A stretch of DNA of 64,000 bases, taken from contig CAZBND010000009.1 in the NCBI GenBank assembly GCA_964493415.1, forward strand, positions 13,866 to 77,865. The letters are read 5' to 3'. Source of the stretch: an uncultured Planctomycetota bacterium (GTDB lineage: Bacteria; Planctomycetota; DG-23; CAZBND01). Numbering within the stretch: the stretch's first letter is position 1; every line of letters starts with the position of its first letter. Under the pieces are notes generated by a model. It was not told the origin of the DNA, did no database searches, and was given only the letters and a program-made list of their open reading frames with translations. Below are positions 27,871-38,086 of the stretch, in pieces. Position numbers and translations under genes: made by a program.

Positions 27871-29613
27871 CTACTTCCCTGCCTCCGCAGGCAACTCCGC
27901 CGCAAGCATGCCCCTCAAACGCGCATACGCCCTGATGGCTTCCACAATCAGCCACAATTCCAGCGCGAGTATCACCCCCGAAACGGCGCTCAGGAACCAG
28001 TTGTCCTTCGCGATGAATCCCGTGAGATTCCCGATCATCGCCCAACCCGTGAACGCGATCACAAAGAGCATCGGCACCAGTGTGTAGACAATCGGCTTTC
28101 CCCGTTTGGCAAGGTAGAGCGTGACCGTGACGAGTGCAAGTCCGGCAAGAAGCTGATTAGTCGTGCCGAAAAGGGGCCACAGCCGCAGCCCGCCCTTGCC
28201 TCCCTGCTGAGAGAACGCCAGAGCCGCCGCGCTGACAACGGCGACGAAAGTGGCGGGATGCGTGCGCCCGATGAAGGGCACGTTGTGAGCCTGTGCAAGC
28301 TCCGAGACCACGTATCTCTGGATCCTCGTCGCCGTGTCCAACGTCGTCCCTGCAAAGCTCACCAGCACTACTGCGACAATGGTTGCAGCCAGGTCCCTCG
28401 GGATACCCAAAGCGGCAATCAGATTCGCCGCCCCTTCCACGAAGGCTCCGACCTTCGCGCCCAGCCCTTCCGCCGCACCCCAACTTGCGTACTGCGCAGA
28501 CCACGCCGCCGTCCCAGTCAATACTTCCCCTCCATGCTTCAGCCCCAGTCCCACGCCCGCAGCCACGGCCACCAGCGCTACTGTGGCAAGGGCACCCTCC
28601 AGGAGCATCGATCCGTAGCCTATGGATTTGGCGTCGGCTTCGCAGGCGAGTTGTTTGGAAGTGGTACCGGAGGCGACCAGACTGTGGAATCCCGAAATAG
28701 CCCCGCACGCGACCACCACGAAGAGGAAAGGAATCATGCTCGGCGCACCCACGGGGTTTGCATTCAACGCGGGGGCGACGATAGCCGGTCTCGCCACCAC
28801 CAGCCCGACAAAGATCACCGCGAGTCCGATGTACAGCTCGTGCGAGTTTATGTAGTCGCGCGGCTGCAGTAGCCTGTGAACCGGCAGCGTGGACGCAACG
28901 TAAGCGTATACGAATAGAACCCCTATCCAGAAAACCAGAGGTGAAACCGAGTAGCCGCCGAATCGAAACACTGGGTCGCTCAACTCCACCGGAAATCGCG
29001 TCCCCACGTATATGCTCGCGTACATCAGAATCACCGCTACTACCGACCAAAGGATCGCGTTTCCTTTTTGCCTGTAAAGCATGTGCCCCAGCCACAGCGC
29101 CAGCGGAATCTCGAACCATATGGGGAAAATGGAAGCCGGGTACATGTTGAACAGCGCCGCGATGACCATCACGAAAACCGCCAGCACCACCCACACCAAG
29201 AAGAAGATGATCAGCAGGAAGAGGGTTCTCGCCGTCGAGCATATCACCCCTTGCGACACGTCTCCTATAGAACGGCCTCTGCACCTTGTCGACACCACCA
29301 GCGACCCCAGGTCGTGAACGGCTCCGATGAATATCGACCCGAACACGATCCATAGCAATGCCGGCAGCCATCCCCAGATCACCGCAATCGCGGGGCCCAG
29401 TATCGGAGCCGCCCCCGCGATTGACGTGAAGTGGTGCCCGAACAGAATATGCCGCTTTGTCGGAACGTAATCGCGCCCGTCAGACAACTCCTCTGACGGA
29501 CACTTACATAACTCCCCCAGGTTGAATATCCTTTTCGAGATGAACGTTCCGTACAAGGCGTAGGCGAGTATGAACGCAACAAACGCGGACGCCGCAATCA
29601 GTACGCTTCCCAA
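27871..29613 (-). CDS. cstA: Carbon starvation protein A (CstA family transporter)
   Basis: 580 aa and polytopic, with the HHFTSIAGAAPILGP signature near the N-terminus. Confidence 0.9.
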   Translation of the reverse strand: MGSVLIAASAFVAFILAYALYGTFISKRIFNLGELCKCPSEELSDGRDYVPTKRHILFGHHFTSIAGAAPILGPAIAVIWGWLPALLWIVFGSIFIGAVHDLGSLVVSTRCRGRSIGDVSQGVICSTARTLFLLIIFFLVWVVLAVFVMVIAALFNMYPASIFPIWFEIPLALWLGHMLYRQKGNAILWSVVAVILMYASIYVGTRFPVELSDPVFRFGGYSVSPLVFWIGVLFVYAYVASTLPVHRLLQPRDYINSHELYIGLAVIFVGLVVARPAIVAPALNANPVGAPSMIPFLFVVVACGAISGFHSLVASGTTSKQLACEADAKSIGYGSMLLEGALATVALVAVAAGVGLGLKHGGEVLTGTAAWSAQYASWGAAEGLGAKVGAFVEGAANLIAALGIPRDLAATIVAVVLVSFAGTTLDTATRIQRYVVSELAQAHNVPFIGRTHPATFVAVVSAAALAFSQQGGKGGLRLWPLFGTTNQLLAGLALVTVTLYLAKRGKPIVYTLVPMLFVIAFTGWAMIGNLTGFIAKDNWFLSAVSGVILALELWLIVEAIRAYARLRGMLAAELPAEAGK

Positions 29614-29750
29614 TTTCGACCTCCTTGCTGCCGTTATCGGCGGATTCTATATCAGATGTCGCTATGCCTGCAAGGCCGAACCGCGTCCCATTCCGATTGA
29701 CACTGCTGCGCGTCACGAATAGAATTCAGGCTGCGTCGTCTGGAGGCGCC

Positions 29751-31220
29751 ATGCCTATACGTATCTACAACACGCTTTCGAGGGGAAAAGAGGCATTTGT
29801 CCCCGTGGTCCCGGGGAAAGTCGGCATCTACGTGTGCGGCGTGACTCAGTACGACTCAGCACATATTGGTCACGGCCGAGTTGTGGTGGTCTACAGCGCC
29901 GTGGTCGGCTACCTCCGGAGACGAGGCTACGACGTCACCTACGTCTGCAACCACACCGATGTTGACGACAAGATAATCAACCGCGCGCGAGACGAAGGCA
30001 AGGATCCCATGGACGTCGCCGAGTTCTACATCGCCGAGTACGAGCAAGATGTGGATGCGCTCAAGGTGCTCAAACCCGACGTCGAGCCGCGCGCCACCGA
30101 ACACATCCCCGAAATCGTCGCTCTTGTGAATACCTTGATCGATAAAGGCTACGCCTACGAAGCCGATGGGGATGTGTTCTTCGACGTCCAGAAGTTCGAC
30201 GGGTACGGTAAGCTTTCCGGACAGAACCTTGCGGAGTTGGAAGCCGGCGGGCGGGTCGAACCAAGCCCCAAGAAGCGCAATCCCCTGGACTTCGGCTTGT
30301 GGAAGGCCTCCAAGCAGGGAGAGCCGGCCTGGGACAGCCCCTGGGGCCCGGGGAGGCCCGGCTGGCACATCGAGTGTTCCGCAATGTCCATGAAGTATCT
30401 CGGCAGCACTTTTGATATCCACGCCGGCGGGCCGGAGCTCATATTCCCTCATCACGAGAACGAGGTGGCCCAGAGCGAGTGCGCCACCGGAAAGCCGTTC
30501 GCCAAGTACTGGATGCACCACGGTACGCTCGATTTCGCGGGCGACAAGATGTCCAAGTCCATAGGCAACGTCATCACCATCCGCGACTTCCTCGCGCAAC
30601 ATCCCCCCGAGGTCCTAAAATTCATTTATCTTCGTAACCATTACCGCAGCCCCATAAAATTTTCTGATCAAACCGTCCGCGAGGCCGAAACGGCCCTGGA
30701 GAGGCTGTACTCAACATTGGCGGAGGCCATGGAAATTGCCGACGAAGCCCAACCTAGACTTCCCGGTCGGCACTCGGCGCCGGTGGTTCCCGCTGTCCAC
30801 AAGCTGCCGGAGTTATTTGATGAAGCCATGGATGACGATTTGAACACGGCGCAGGGTATCGCGCACATATTCGACCTCTTGCGGAGCCTCAACCAATATA
30901 TCGCCGAAGTGAGGGACAATCCGACCAAAGGCGATCGGGGGGTCCTTGCTGCGGCAGTGGGAGCCATACGAGGCGTCGGCGGATCGATCAGCCTCTTCCA
31001 GGAAGATCCTCAGCAATTCCTCATGGAACTGGCGGAGAAACGGGGCCGGGGACTTCGCATCCGCGAGGAAGACATCGTGCGCCTAATCGCTGAACGCGCC
31101 GACGCCCGCGACAATAAAGACTACCGTCGCGCCGACGAAATCCGAAGCTATCTTCTTGGCCAGGGTGTCGTATTAGAAGACAGGGCCGGGGGAACAACAT
31201 GGCGGCTGGTATCGGAATGA
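29751..31220 (+). CDS. cysS: Cysteine--tRNA ligase
   Basis: YVCGVTQYDSAHIGHGR (HIGH), KMSKS, and Zn ligands (CS...C...H). Start set at the ATG 29751 (GGAGG upstream) instead of the ORF-track 29625. Confidence 0.92.
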   Translation: MPIRIYNTLSRGKEAFVPVVPGKVGIYVCGVTQYDSAHIGHGRVVVVYSAVVGYLRRRGYDVTYVCNHTDVDDKIINRARDEGKDPMDVAEFYIAEYEQDVDALKVLKPDVEPRATEHIPEIVALVNTLIDKGYAYEADGDVFFDVQKFDGYGKLSGQNLAELEAGGRVEPSPKKRNPLDFGLWKASKQGEPAWDSPWGPGRPGWHIECSAMSMKYLGSTFDIHAGGPELIFPHHENEVAQSECATGKPFAKYWMHHGTLDFAGDKMSKSIGNVITIRDFLAQHPPEVLKFIYLRNHYRSPIKFSDQTVREAETALERLYSTLAEAMEIADEAQPRLPGRHSAPVVPAVHKLPELFDEAMDDDLNTAQGIAHIFDLLRSLNQYIAEVRDNPTKGDRGVLAAAVGAIRGVGGSISLFQEDPQQFLMELAEKRGRGLRIREEDIVRLIAERADARDNKDYRRADEIRSYLLGQGVVLEDRAGGTTWRLVSE

Positions 31221-32605
31221 GGGCGCTCAGCGCCCCTCCCGACCCTTTGCTCGTCCTTCAAAGTCGGGCCTTCCCCCAGACTGTGGACCAGAAGATTCAT
31301 TCGGCCGGTTTGTCTGCCCGGTACTTTGGCTCCAGACGCAGGTTGTTTCGCGCCGTCTCGCAGCAGCCGTGCCCACTTGTCCTTTCGCATTGGAACTCGG
31401 CCCAAAGGGACTCCTTTTGTTTGCTGCAGGGTATCCAGGGCGTCGAACCCGCCGCGTTAACAGTGCTGCTTGCTCCTGCCATCGATAACGCTCGGCTCGG
31501 CCAGGCGTATTCCGCCGGCGCAACTGCCTGCGTGGACGATTATCGCAAGCTCACTCGCGCGCTCAGCAGCGCGCGTGGCCTTCGCGACCGGTTGATCACT
31601 TACGACGTGACGCTCCAGCGTTTTCGCGCCTTCCACAAGAGCCTCTCCAGGCTGTCTTTGGATTTGCCGCCTTCTTCCGACATCCTGTCCAACATCCTGG
31701 GGCAAGTCCGAGTTGTCATGGCGTATGACCGCGCCGCCGTGGTGCTCAGGAAAGGCGAGCGATTTGTGCTGATCGCCGCCGCGGGCATTCCGGGGCTGGG
31801 GGAACAGCTCCGCGAGACGGAGTTTCCTCCGGATGTTGTTCCCTTGCTCGCGAGGCTCATTGCGGCCGGCGAGCCCCGCCTTGTTGCCGGTCCCGCCCCC
31901 ATTTTCGATCACTCGTTCGGCTGCGCCCTCATTGCCCCCATGCTCCTCCCGCCCCACGTGGAAGGAGCTTTGTTGCTGATGAGCCGCCGCCCGGATGAAT
32001 ACACCAATGCCGATATGAGGCAGGCAGGCTTACTTTCGGATCGCTTCGCTTTGGCATTGAGCAACTTGTGCTACTACGAGGAATTGTCGAAAGAAGCCCG
32101 AAGGCTCACCTCCCTGCTGGAGACCAGCGCAGAGCTCTCTCAGGCCCAGAGCGTGGAGGCGATGCTGGAGCTTGCCGTTACCGAAGCCGCTCGTCTCACC
32201 TCGAGCAAGATATGTACCGTAAGGCTCGTCGAGGGGGATTTTCTCACCGAAGGGGTCGCCCACGGCTACCTGCATCCCCTGTCCCGACTGCACCGCATTC
32301 GGATCGACGATAGGCTGTCCTCGATCGTCCACGACTTGCACCCCCTCATTATCAGCGATCTGATGGAAGACCCCGGGCTTCCTCCCTCCAGAAGGGAACG
32401 CTCGGTCCGCGAGGGGGTGCGTGCGTTCTTGGGCGTTCCAATGGTGCACCGGGGGAGGGGAATAGGGGTGTTTAGTCTGTACAAATCCGGACCGCACCAC
32501 TGGTCGGAAGATGAAATCACCCTGGCTGGAGCCCTTGCCGCGCGAACCGCGGATGAGATCAATAGCTTGAGGTCGTACCGTCGCCTCGCTCACCCATCTG
32601 CCTGA
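31199..32605 (+). CDS. Tandem GAF-domain protein (no output domain)
   Basis: Two ~150-aa GAF-like blocks (…VVMAYDRAAVVL…LIAAAG… and …ARLTSSKICTVRLVEG…GVPMVHRGRGIGVFSLY…). Its ATG overlaps the 3' end of cysS by 22 nt. Confidence 0.6.
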   Translation: MAAGIGMRALSAPPDPLLVLQSRAFPQTVDQKIHSAGLSARYFGSRRRLFRAVSQQPCPLVLSHWNSAQRDSFCLLQGIQGVEPAALTVLLAPAIDNARLGQAYSAGATACVDDYRKLTRALSSARGLRDRLITYDVTLQRFRAFHKSLSRLSLDLPPSSDILSNILGQVRVVMAYDRAAVVLRKGERFVLIAAAGIPGLGEQLRETEFPPDVVPLLARLIAAGEPRLVAGPAPIFDHSFGCALIAPMLLPPHVEGALLLMSRRPDEYTNADMRQAGLLSDRFALALSNLCYYEELSKEARRLTSLLETSAELSQAQSVEAMLELAVTEAARLTSSKICTVRLVEGDFLTEGVAHGYLHPLSRLHRIRIDDRLSSIVHDLHPLIISDLMEDPGLPPSRRERSVREGVRAFLGVPMVHRGRGIGVFSLYKSGPHHWSEDEITLAGALAARTADEINSLRSYRRLAHPSA

Positions 32606-32665
32606 AAGCCACCCACCCCCATCGTCCTACGTTGCGTACTTCCTTCGCACTGTGTATCGGGCGGG

Positions 32666-33166
32666 CTATTTGATCAGAGAGAATTTCTCTCTCGGAGAGT
32701 TGCAGATGGGGCACTTACCGGGGGGGTCGCCGATTACCGTATTGCCGCACACCTGGCACACGTAGATAGGTGCTGCGTCCAAGTCCTTTCCGCCTTTCAC
32801 GGCCTGGGACGCTTGCTTGTAGAGCGAATGGTGGATTCTCTCGACCGCCAGAGCGTTGCTGAAGGATATCGCAGCGCCGCGATTCCCCTCGCTCTCGGCT
32901 TCAGCCAGGAATTTCGGATACATTTCCTGGAATTCGAACCCTTCGCCCTCCATGGCGGCCAGGAGGTTCTTGGCGGTGTCTTTCACGCCCTCCATAACCT
33001 TGAAATGAGCATGCGCATGAACCGTCTCGGCATCCGCCGCCGCCCGAAAAAGCTTTGCTACCTGTGGCAATCCATCCGCATCCGCTCGCTTCGCAAAAGC
33101 CAGATACTTCCGGTTCGCCTGGCTTTCCCCGGCAAATGCTTCCTCCAGGTTTTCACTTGTTGCCAT
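32666..33166 (-). CDS. rbr: Rubrerythrin
   Basis: N-terminal ferritin-like di-iron four-helix bundle (EGESQANRKYLAFA...ETVHAHAHF) plus a C-terminal rubredoxin-like CQVCG...CPIC. Start set at the ATG 33166 (MATSENL), not the ORF-track 33259. Confidence 0.85.
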   Translation of the reverse strand: MATSENLEEAFAGESQANRKYLAFAKRADADGLPQVAKLFRAAADAETVHAHAHFKVMEGVKDTAKNLLAAMEGEGFEFQEMYPKFLAEAESEGNRGAAISFSNALAVERIHHSLYKQASQAVKGGKDLDAAPIYVCQVCGNTVIGDPPGKCPICNSPREKFSLIK

Positions 33167-33289
33167 CGTCACATACCCCCCGCTTGTAAGGACTTTCTCT
33201 TTGCCGGGGAGCCCCGTGCTCCCCTTCTCTCGCCTCTCTAAACGCTCGTCGCGCCGCACTCACCCAGGACGGCAACCCGGGCGTTCAGT

Positions 33290-33532
33290 TCACTCGGCTA
33301 TACCCACCTCTTGAGCTATGTCCACGAGTTCTCGTCGGCTCAACTCCTCCAGAGCCTTGCCGCGCTCCTTGAGCTTCTCGTTGAACTTCAGCGACTTTTC
33401 CTGCATGTGCTCGTGGGTCTCCTGGGACCCGCCGAAAAGCAGGAAATTCTCCCCGCGCGTGAACCGCTTGTGCCCGTCCTTGCAGTCCAGCCCCAGCCCG
33501 AGAATCCACGCCTTCTCTCGTTTTGTGGACAT
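33290..33532 (-). CDS. Small hypothetical protein with C-terminal Rho_N/SAP-like helix-extended-helix motif
   Basis: An 80-aa ORF, MSTKREKAWILGLGLD...GKALEELSRRELVDIAQEVGI. It is the only non-antisense part of the 397-aa ORF-track ORF 33290..34483, whose remainder is antisense to ogg. ATG at 33532. Confidence 0.4.
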   Translation of the reverse strand: MSTKREKAWILGLGLDCKDGHKRFTRGENFLLFGGSQETHEHMQEKSLKFNEKLKERGKALEELSRRELVDIAQEVGIAE

Positions 33533-33556
33533 GCCGCACGTCCCCGCGAGCTTTGC

Positions 33557-33586
33557 TTGACTAGTTCTTAACCATGCTGTTATTAT
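33557..33586 (+). promoter_or_regulatory. sigma70-like promoter for ogg
   Basis: TTGACT (33557-62), 17 nt, TTATTA/TATTAT (33580-86). It sits in the divergent gap between the small minus-strand ORF and ogg. Confidence 0.4.
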
Positions 33587-33634
33587 CCCATCGGGTCTTA
33601 CCCACGTCAACTTTAGAAAGACGAGCGCCTCCAC

Positions 33635-34513
33635 GTGCCAAGGCTCACTGTCAGGGACTTCGACCTCAGGAGCACCGTCGAATGCGGTCAGCTCTTCACC
33701 TACGCTCGCTTGGGCGAGTGGTATTACATCACGGGGCAACAAAAACTGTTTGCGATCAGGCAGAGGGAAAGGGAGGTCGAATATCGAGGGGTGGACGAAG
33801 GTTTCATTCGCCGGTTCTTTAGACTCGATGATGACTTGGTCGATATAAGGCGATCGCTGAAGAAGGACCCGATAGTCGCCCGCGCTTTTTCCGAGTCCAT
33901 GGGACTCAGGCTGGTCCGGCTGGAACTGTGGGAAGCGATCGTGGGCTTCATCTGTTCCCAGGCGTGCAACATCCCGCGGATAAGGACAGTCCTCAAGGCG
34001 ATAGCCGAAGCATGGGGTGGGAGAGTCGAGCTCGACGGATTCGTGATGTATCTCCTTCCTCGCCCCCAGGCCCTCCCGGGCGAAGCCAAGCTGCGGGAAG
34101 CCGGTGCCGGATTCCGCGCGCGCTACCTCAAACAGGCAGCGGAGCGCGTCGATGATGCGCTGTTGGACCGTTTGCGGCGCATGGACTACCATTCGGCCCG
34201 TCGTACGTTGCTTTCCATTCCCGGCGTCGGCCCGAAAATCGCCGATTGTGTGTGTCTCTTTTCGCTCGGATTTCTCGCGGCTTTCCCCATAGACACGTGG
34301 ATTCGCAAGATGATGCGAGATTTCTATTTCCACGGCTCGAACGCGACAGACCAGCGGATCAGAGACTTCGGCCAAGCCCACTTCGGGGAATACGCCGGTT
34401 ACGCACAGCAGTACCTTTACGCCTTCTACAGGAGGTGCCCGCTGGAGCGATGGAACGCCGCAGCCGCAGATGGTAGAATGCACTTCCCTTCAGGCCGGAA
34501 CGCCGAAAGGTAA
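33635..34513 (+). CDS. ogg: 8-oxoguanine DNA glycosylase / AP lyase (Ogg family, HhH-GPD)
   Basis: HhH-GPD motif LLSIPGVGPKIADCVCLFSLGF with the catalytic Lys/Asp region, 292 aa, GTG start. Confidence 0.8.
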   Translation: MPRLTVRDFDLRSTVECGQLFTYARLGEWYYITGQQKLFAIRQREREVEYRGVDEGFIRRFFRLDDDLVDIRRSLKKDPIVARAFSESMGLRLVRLELWEAIVGFICSQACNIPRIRTVLKAIAEAWGGRVELDGFVMYLLPRPQALPGEAKLREAGAGFRARYLKQAAERVDDALLDRLRRMDYHSARRTLLSIPGVGPKIADCVCLFSLGFLAAFPIDTWIRKMMRDFYFHGSNATDQRIRDFGQAHFGEYAGYAQQYLYAFYRRCPLERWNAAAADGRMHFPSGRNAER

Positions 34514-34516
34514 GCA

Positions 34517-37500
34517 ATGGGGTCGGAACGATTCGTCCATCTTCATGTTCACAGCCACTACAGCCTCCTCGATGGCGCTGCCCTCCTTGAAGACCTCGTT
34601 GATCGCACCCGCGAACTGGGAATGACCGCTCTCGCAGTGACCGACCACGGCAACATGTTCGGAGCCGTCGAGTTCTACAAGAAGGCCTCGCGAGCAGGCA
34701 TAAAGCCGATCATTGGGTACGAAGCCTACGTCGCCCCCGGCAGCCGATTTAACCGGGACTCGCAGGGGATGAAGGACAGCTCTCGCCACATCACTCTCCT
34801 CGTCCAAAACGAGACTGGATACAAGAACCTGATAAAGCTTGCTTCCCTCGCCTTCATCGAAGGTTTCTACTATAGGCCGCGGATCGACAAGGAGCTGCTC
34901 GCCGCTCATTCCGAAGGGCTCATCTGTCTAAGCGGTTGCCTTCAGTCAGAGCTGTGTAACCTCCTCGTGCGGGACGAATTCGACCAAGCCCTCAAAGTGG
35001 CGGAATGGTTTAGGGACGTTTTCGGTCCCGATCGCTACTACTTGGAGATTCAGGACTCCGGCCTGGAAGAGCAAGCCACCTGCAACCCGCTCCTGGCTGA
35101 GATTGCCAAGAAGCTGAGTCTCAAGCTGGCGGCCACCAACGACATCCACTACCTGAATCGCGACGACCACGAGGCCCACGACATCCTCCTGTGCATAAAC
35201 ACCGGGCGCTTCGAGTCCGACGAGGACCGTCTAAGGTTCCCGAACAACGAGTTCTACTTCAAATCCCCCGAGCAAATGAGAGAAGCTTTCGCGGATTTCC
35301 CTGACGCGGTCACCAACACGGCTGACATCGCCGACATGTGTGAGTTCAGCATTGATTTCAAGCAGCGCCACTATCCGACATTCGACCCGCCTGCCGGGAA
35401 GACCAACGAAGCCTATCTCCGCGAAATGTGTGAAGCCGGCCTACGGCTCCGCTACTCCAACATCAACGACGACATAAGGGCCCGACTCGACAGGGAACTC
35501 GACGTCATCTGCGGCAAGGGTTATGCCGACTACTTCCTCATAGTGTGGGACTTCGTCCACTTCGCCAGGCAAAAGGATATCCCCGTCGGCCCGGGAAGGG
35601 GCTCAGCCGTCGGAAGCCTCGCGTCCTTCTGCTTGGGCATCACCGATGTCGACCCCATCCGATACAACCTGCTGTTCGAACGATTCATGGACCTCGAGCG
35701 AATGGAACGGCCTGACTTCGACATAGACTTCTGCGAACTCAGACGGGCCGAAGTGATCAATTACGTCCGAGAGAAGTACGGCGCTGACTGTGTGGCCCCC
35801 ATCATCACGTTCGGCACGATGGCGGCCAGGGGCGTGATACGTGACGTCGGCAGGGCCATGCAGGTGCCCCTGGCCGAGGTCGACAAGCTGGCGAAAAAGG
35901 TGCCCTCCACACTAGGGATCACGCTTGACGAGGCCCTGCAGCAGGAGCCGGAGTTGCGGCAGACGTACGAAACCGAGCCGTGGGCCAAGCGCCTGTTCGA
36001 TATAGCCGGAAAGCTCGAAGGCCGATGCCGTCACGCTTCCAAGCATCCAGCCGGAATCATCATCGCCGACAAGCCCCTCATCGAATACATACCTCTCTAC
36101 AAGAGCGACGGGGACATCACCACCCAGTATGCGTGGGAAATCTGTGACGAGCTCGGAATGCTCAAGGCCGACTTCCTCAGCTTGCGGACGCTTACCATCA
36201 TGGACACCGCCATAAAGCTCATAGCGGAGAACCGCGGCGTGAACGTGAACCTCGCCGAACTCCCCCTCGATGACAAGAAGGTCTACGAGATGCTGGGTCG
36301 CGGCGAAACGAAAGGAATATTCCAGCTCGAGTCCGGGGGGTTCCGTGACATGCTCGTCCGCGTGATGCCCGAACGAATCGAAGACCTGATTCCGCTGGTT
36401 AGCCTCTACCGCCCGGGACCCTTGGGAAGCGGACTCACCGAGGAGTTTATACGCCGCGCACACGGCAGAGCCGAAGTGGCCTACGACCACCCTCTGCTTG
36501 AGCCTATCCTCGAAGAAACGCACGGCATCATGATCTACCAAGAGCAGATCATGCAAATACTCAACACCCTTGGCGGCATACCTCTGGCAAGAGCCTACAA
36601 GGTCATACAGGCAATAGGCAAAAAGCAGGCGGATGTGATAGAGCAAAGCCGCGAACAATTCATCGAAGGGGCCCGCGCGAATCACGTTCCCGAGAAAAAG
36701 GCGGTCGAGATATTTGACCGGATCAGCTATTTCGCCAGCTACGGATTCAACAAGTCCCACTCCGCCGCTTACGCTCACGTCACCTATCAAACCGCGTACC
36801 TCAAGACCCGCTTCCCGCATGAGTTCATGGCAGCCTTGTTGACTTGCGAGATGGGTAGCTCGGACAAGGTCGTCGAGTACGTCGAGGAATGCAAGCGCCT
36901 TGACATCAAGGTGCTTCCGCCTTCAGTGAGTGAAAGCAGCGCGGGCTTCAGTGTTGTCGGTGACTGCATACGCTTTGGTCTGGGAGCGATAAAAAACGTT
37001 GGGTTGAAGGCCATCGACTCCATCGTTGACGCCCGCACAAGACAAGGCCCTTTCCGTTCAATCTTCGACCTTTGTGAACGCATCGACCTGCGTCTCGTCA
37101 ACAAGAACGTGCTGGAAGCTCTCATAAAGGCCGGCGCGCTTGATTGCCTCAATGCCAGGAGAGCGCAGCTTTGGGCCGTGGTGGATCACGCTCTGCAGTT
37201 CGGGGTCGAAGCGCATCGCGACCGGCAACGGGGACAGCGCACGCTGGCAGATTTCTTCCAGCAGTCCGCTTCCCCCGGCGAGGCCGAGACGCTTCCCAAC
37301 CTCCCCGAATGGCCTGAGCCGCAACTCCTTACCAACGAGAAGCAAGCCCTTGGCTTCTACATCAGCTCGCACCCGCTCGCTAAGTACGAGGAGCTATTCA
37401 GCCGATTGTCTACTGCCGCCATATCCGGGCTCTCCACACTCGCTGACGGGCAGTCGGTCGCCCTGGGCTGCATGATTGCCGATTACAGGAGGCGCATCAC

Positions 37501-37972
37501 CAGGAACGGCCCCACCCCTGGCCGCCCAATGGCGCACCTTACTCTCGAGGACCTTAGCGGGACGTGCGAGGGCGTCCTGTTCCCGGAAAGCTACTCCAAG
37601 TTCGGCCACCTGGTGGAGAAGGACCGCGTGGTCCTCGTGAAAGGAACGCTCGACCTGCAAAGGGAGCCTCCTAACATCCGAATCAACGAGATGGCAGCCG
37701 TCGAAAAGGCCGCAAAGCGGCTCGCGGATGATCTTACAGTCGAAGTAGCTGCACCTCACGCAGACGACCGCTTCCTGTACTCCCTTCGGGATGTCATCGA
37801 CAGACACCGAGGGCGCTGCGGGGTCTGTCTTCTTGTACACGACCTGTCCGGGCGCGATCGGTTAATTCGGCTCAGCGGGGCGCTATCGGTCGACCCGAGT
37901 GACGAACTCATCAGGGAAATCCGGAGCCTGGCTCCCGGTGTCAGCGTAAGCTTCGGTCGCGCTTCCGGGTAG
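34517..37972 (+). CDS. dnaE: DNA polymerase III alpha subunit
   Basis: N-terminal PHP domain (HLHVHSHYSLLDGA), palm/fingers, an OB fold; 1151 aa. Confidence 0.95.
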   Translation: MGSERFVHLHVHSHYSLLDGAALLEDLVDRTRELGMTALAVTDHGNMFGAVEFYKKASRAGIKPIIGYEAYVAPGSRFNRDSQGMKDSSRHITLLVQNETGYKNLIKLASLAFIEGFYYRPRIDKELLAAHSEGLICLSGCLQSELCNLLVRDEFDQALKVAEWFRDVFGPDRYYLEIQDSGLEEQATCNPLLAEIAKKLSLKLAATNDIHYLNRDDHEAHDILLCINTGRFESDEDRLRFPNNEFYFKSPEQMREAFADFPDAVTNTADIADMCEFSIDFKQRHYPTFDPPAGKTNEAYLREMCEAGLRLRYSNINDDIRARLDRELDVICGKGYADYFLIVWDFVHFARQKDIPVGPGRGSAVGSLASFCLGITDVDPIRYNLLFERFMDLERMERPDFDIDFCELRRAEVINYVREKYGADCVAPIITFGTMAARGVIRDVGRAMQVPLAEVDKLAKKVPSTLGITLDEALQQEPELRQTYETEPWAKRLFDIAGKLEGRCRHASKHPAGIIIADKPLIEYIPLYKSDGDITTQYAWEICDELGMLKADFLSLRTLTIMDTAIKLIAENRGVNVNLAELPLDDKKVYEMLGRGETKGIFQLESGGFRDMLVRVMPERIEDLIPLVSLYRPGPLGSGLTEEFIRRAHGRAEVAYDHPLLEPILEETHGIMIYQEQIMQILNTLGGIPLARAYKVIQAIGKKQADVIEQSREQFIEGARANHVPEKKAVEIFDRISYFASYGFNKSHSAAYAHVTYQTAYLKTRFPHEFMAALLTCEMGSSDKVVEYVEECKRLDIKVLPPSVSESSAGFSVVGDCIRFGLGAIKNVGLKAIDSIVDARTRQGPFRSIFDLCERIDLRLVNKNVLEALIKAGALDCLNARRAQLWAVVDHALQFGVEAHRDRQRGQRTLADFFQQSASPGEAETLPNLPEWPEPQLLTNEKQALGFYISSHPLAKYEELFSRLSTAAISGLSTLADGQSVALGCMIADYRRRITRNGPTPGRPMAHLTLEDLSGTCEGVLFPESYSKFGHLVEKDRVVLVKGTLDLQREPPNIRINEMAAVEKAAKRLADDLTVEVAAPHADDRFLYSLRDVIDRHRGRCGVCLLVHDLSGRDRLIRLSGALSVDPSDELIREIRSLAPGVSVSFGRASG

Positions 37973-38086
37973 GCCATTGCGCTTGACACGCGACCTGCTC
38001 AACGGTATCGTACATTGGGCGCTTCAGGAGGTCTCCTGGGCGCTGATATGAGCCAAGGTCTTTGCTCCGCGACAGCGGGAGCCGGT

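Noticed and set aside
28157-29371. 404-aa minus-strand ORF and several plus-strand ORFs (28258..28872, 28293..28700) inside cstA
   Set aside because: They overlap the cstA reading frame, which has a clear family signature. Their products are Arg/Gly/Pro low-complexity, typical of shadow ORFs in high-GC DNA.
33533-34483. N-terminal ~315 codons of the 397-aa minus-strand ORF 33290..34483
   Set aside because: It is entirely antisense to the ogg gene (HhH-GPD motif on the plus strand). The translation is Arg/Pro-rich, as expected for the reverse frame of a GC-rich gene. Only the last 80 codons are kept as a candidate gene.
35912-36820. 302-aa minus-strand ORF within dnaE
   Set aside because: It is antisense to the well-supported DNA pol III alpha gene.
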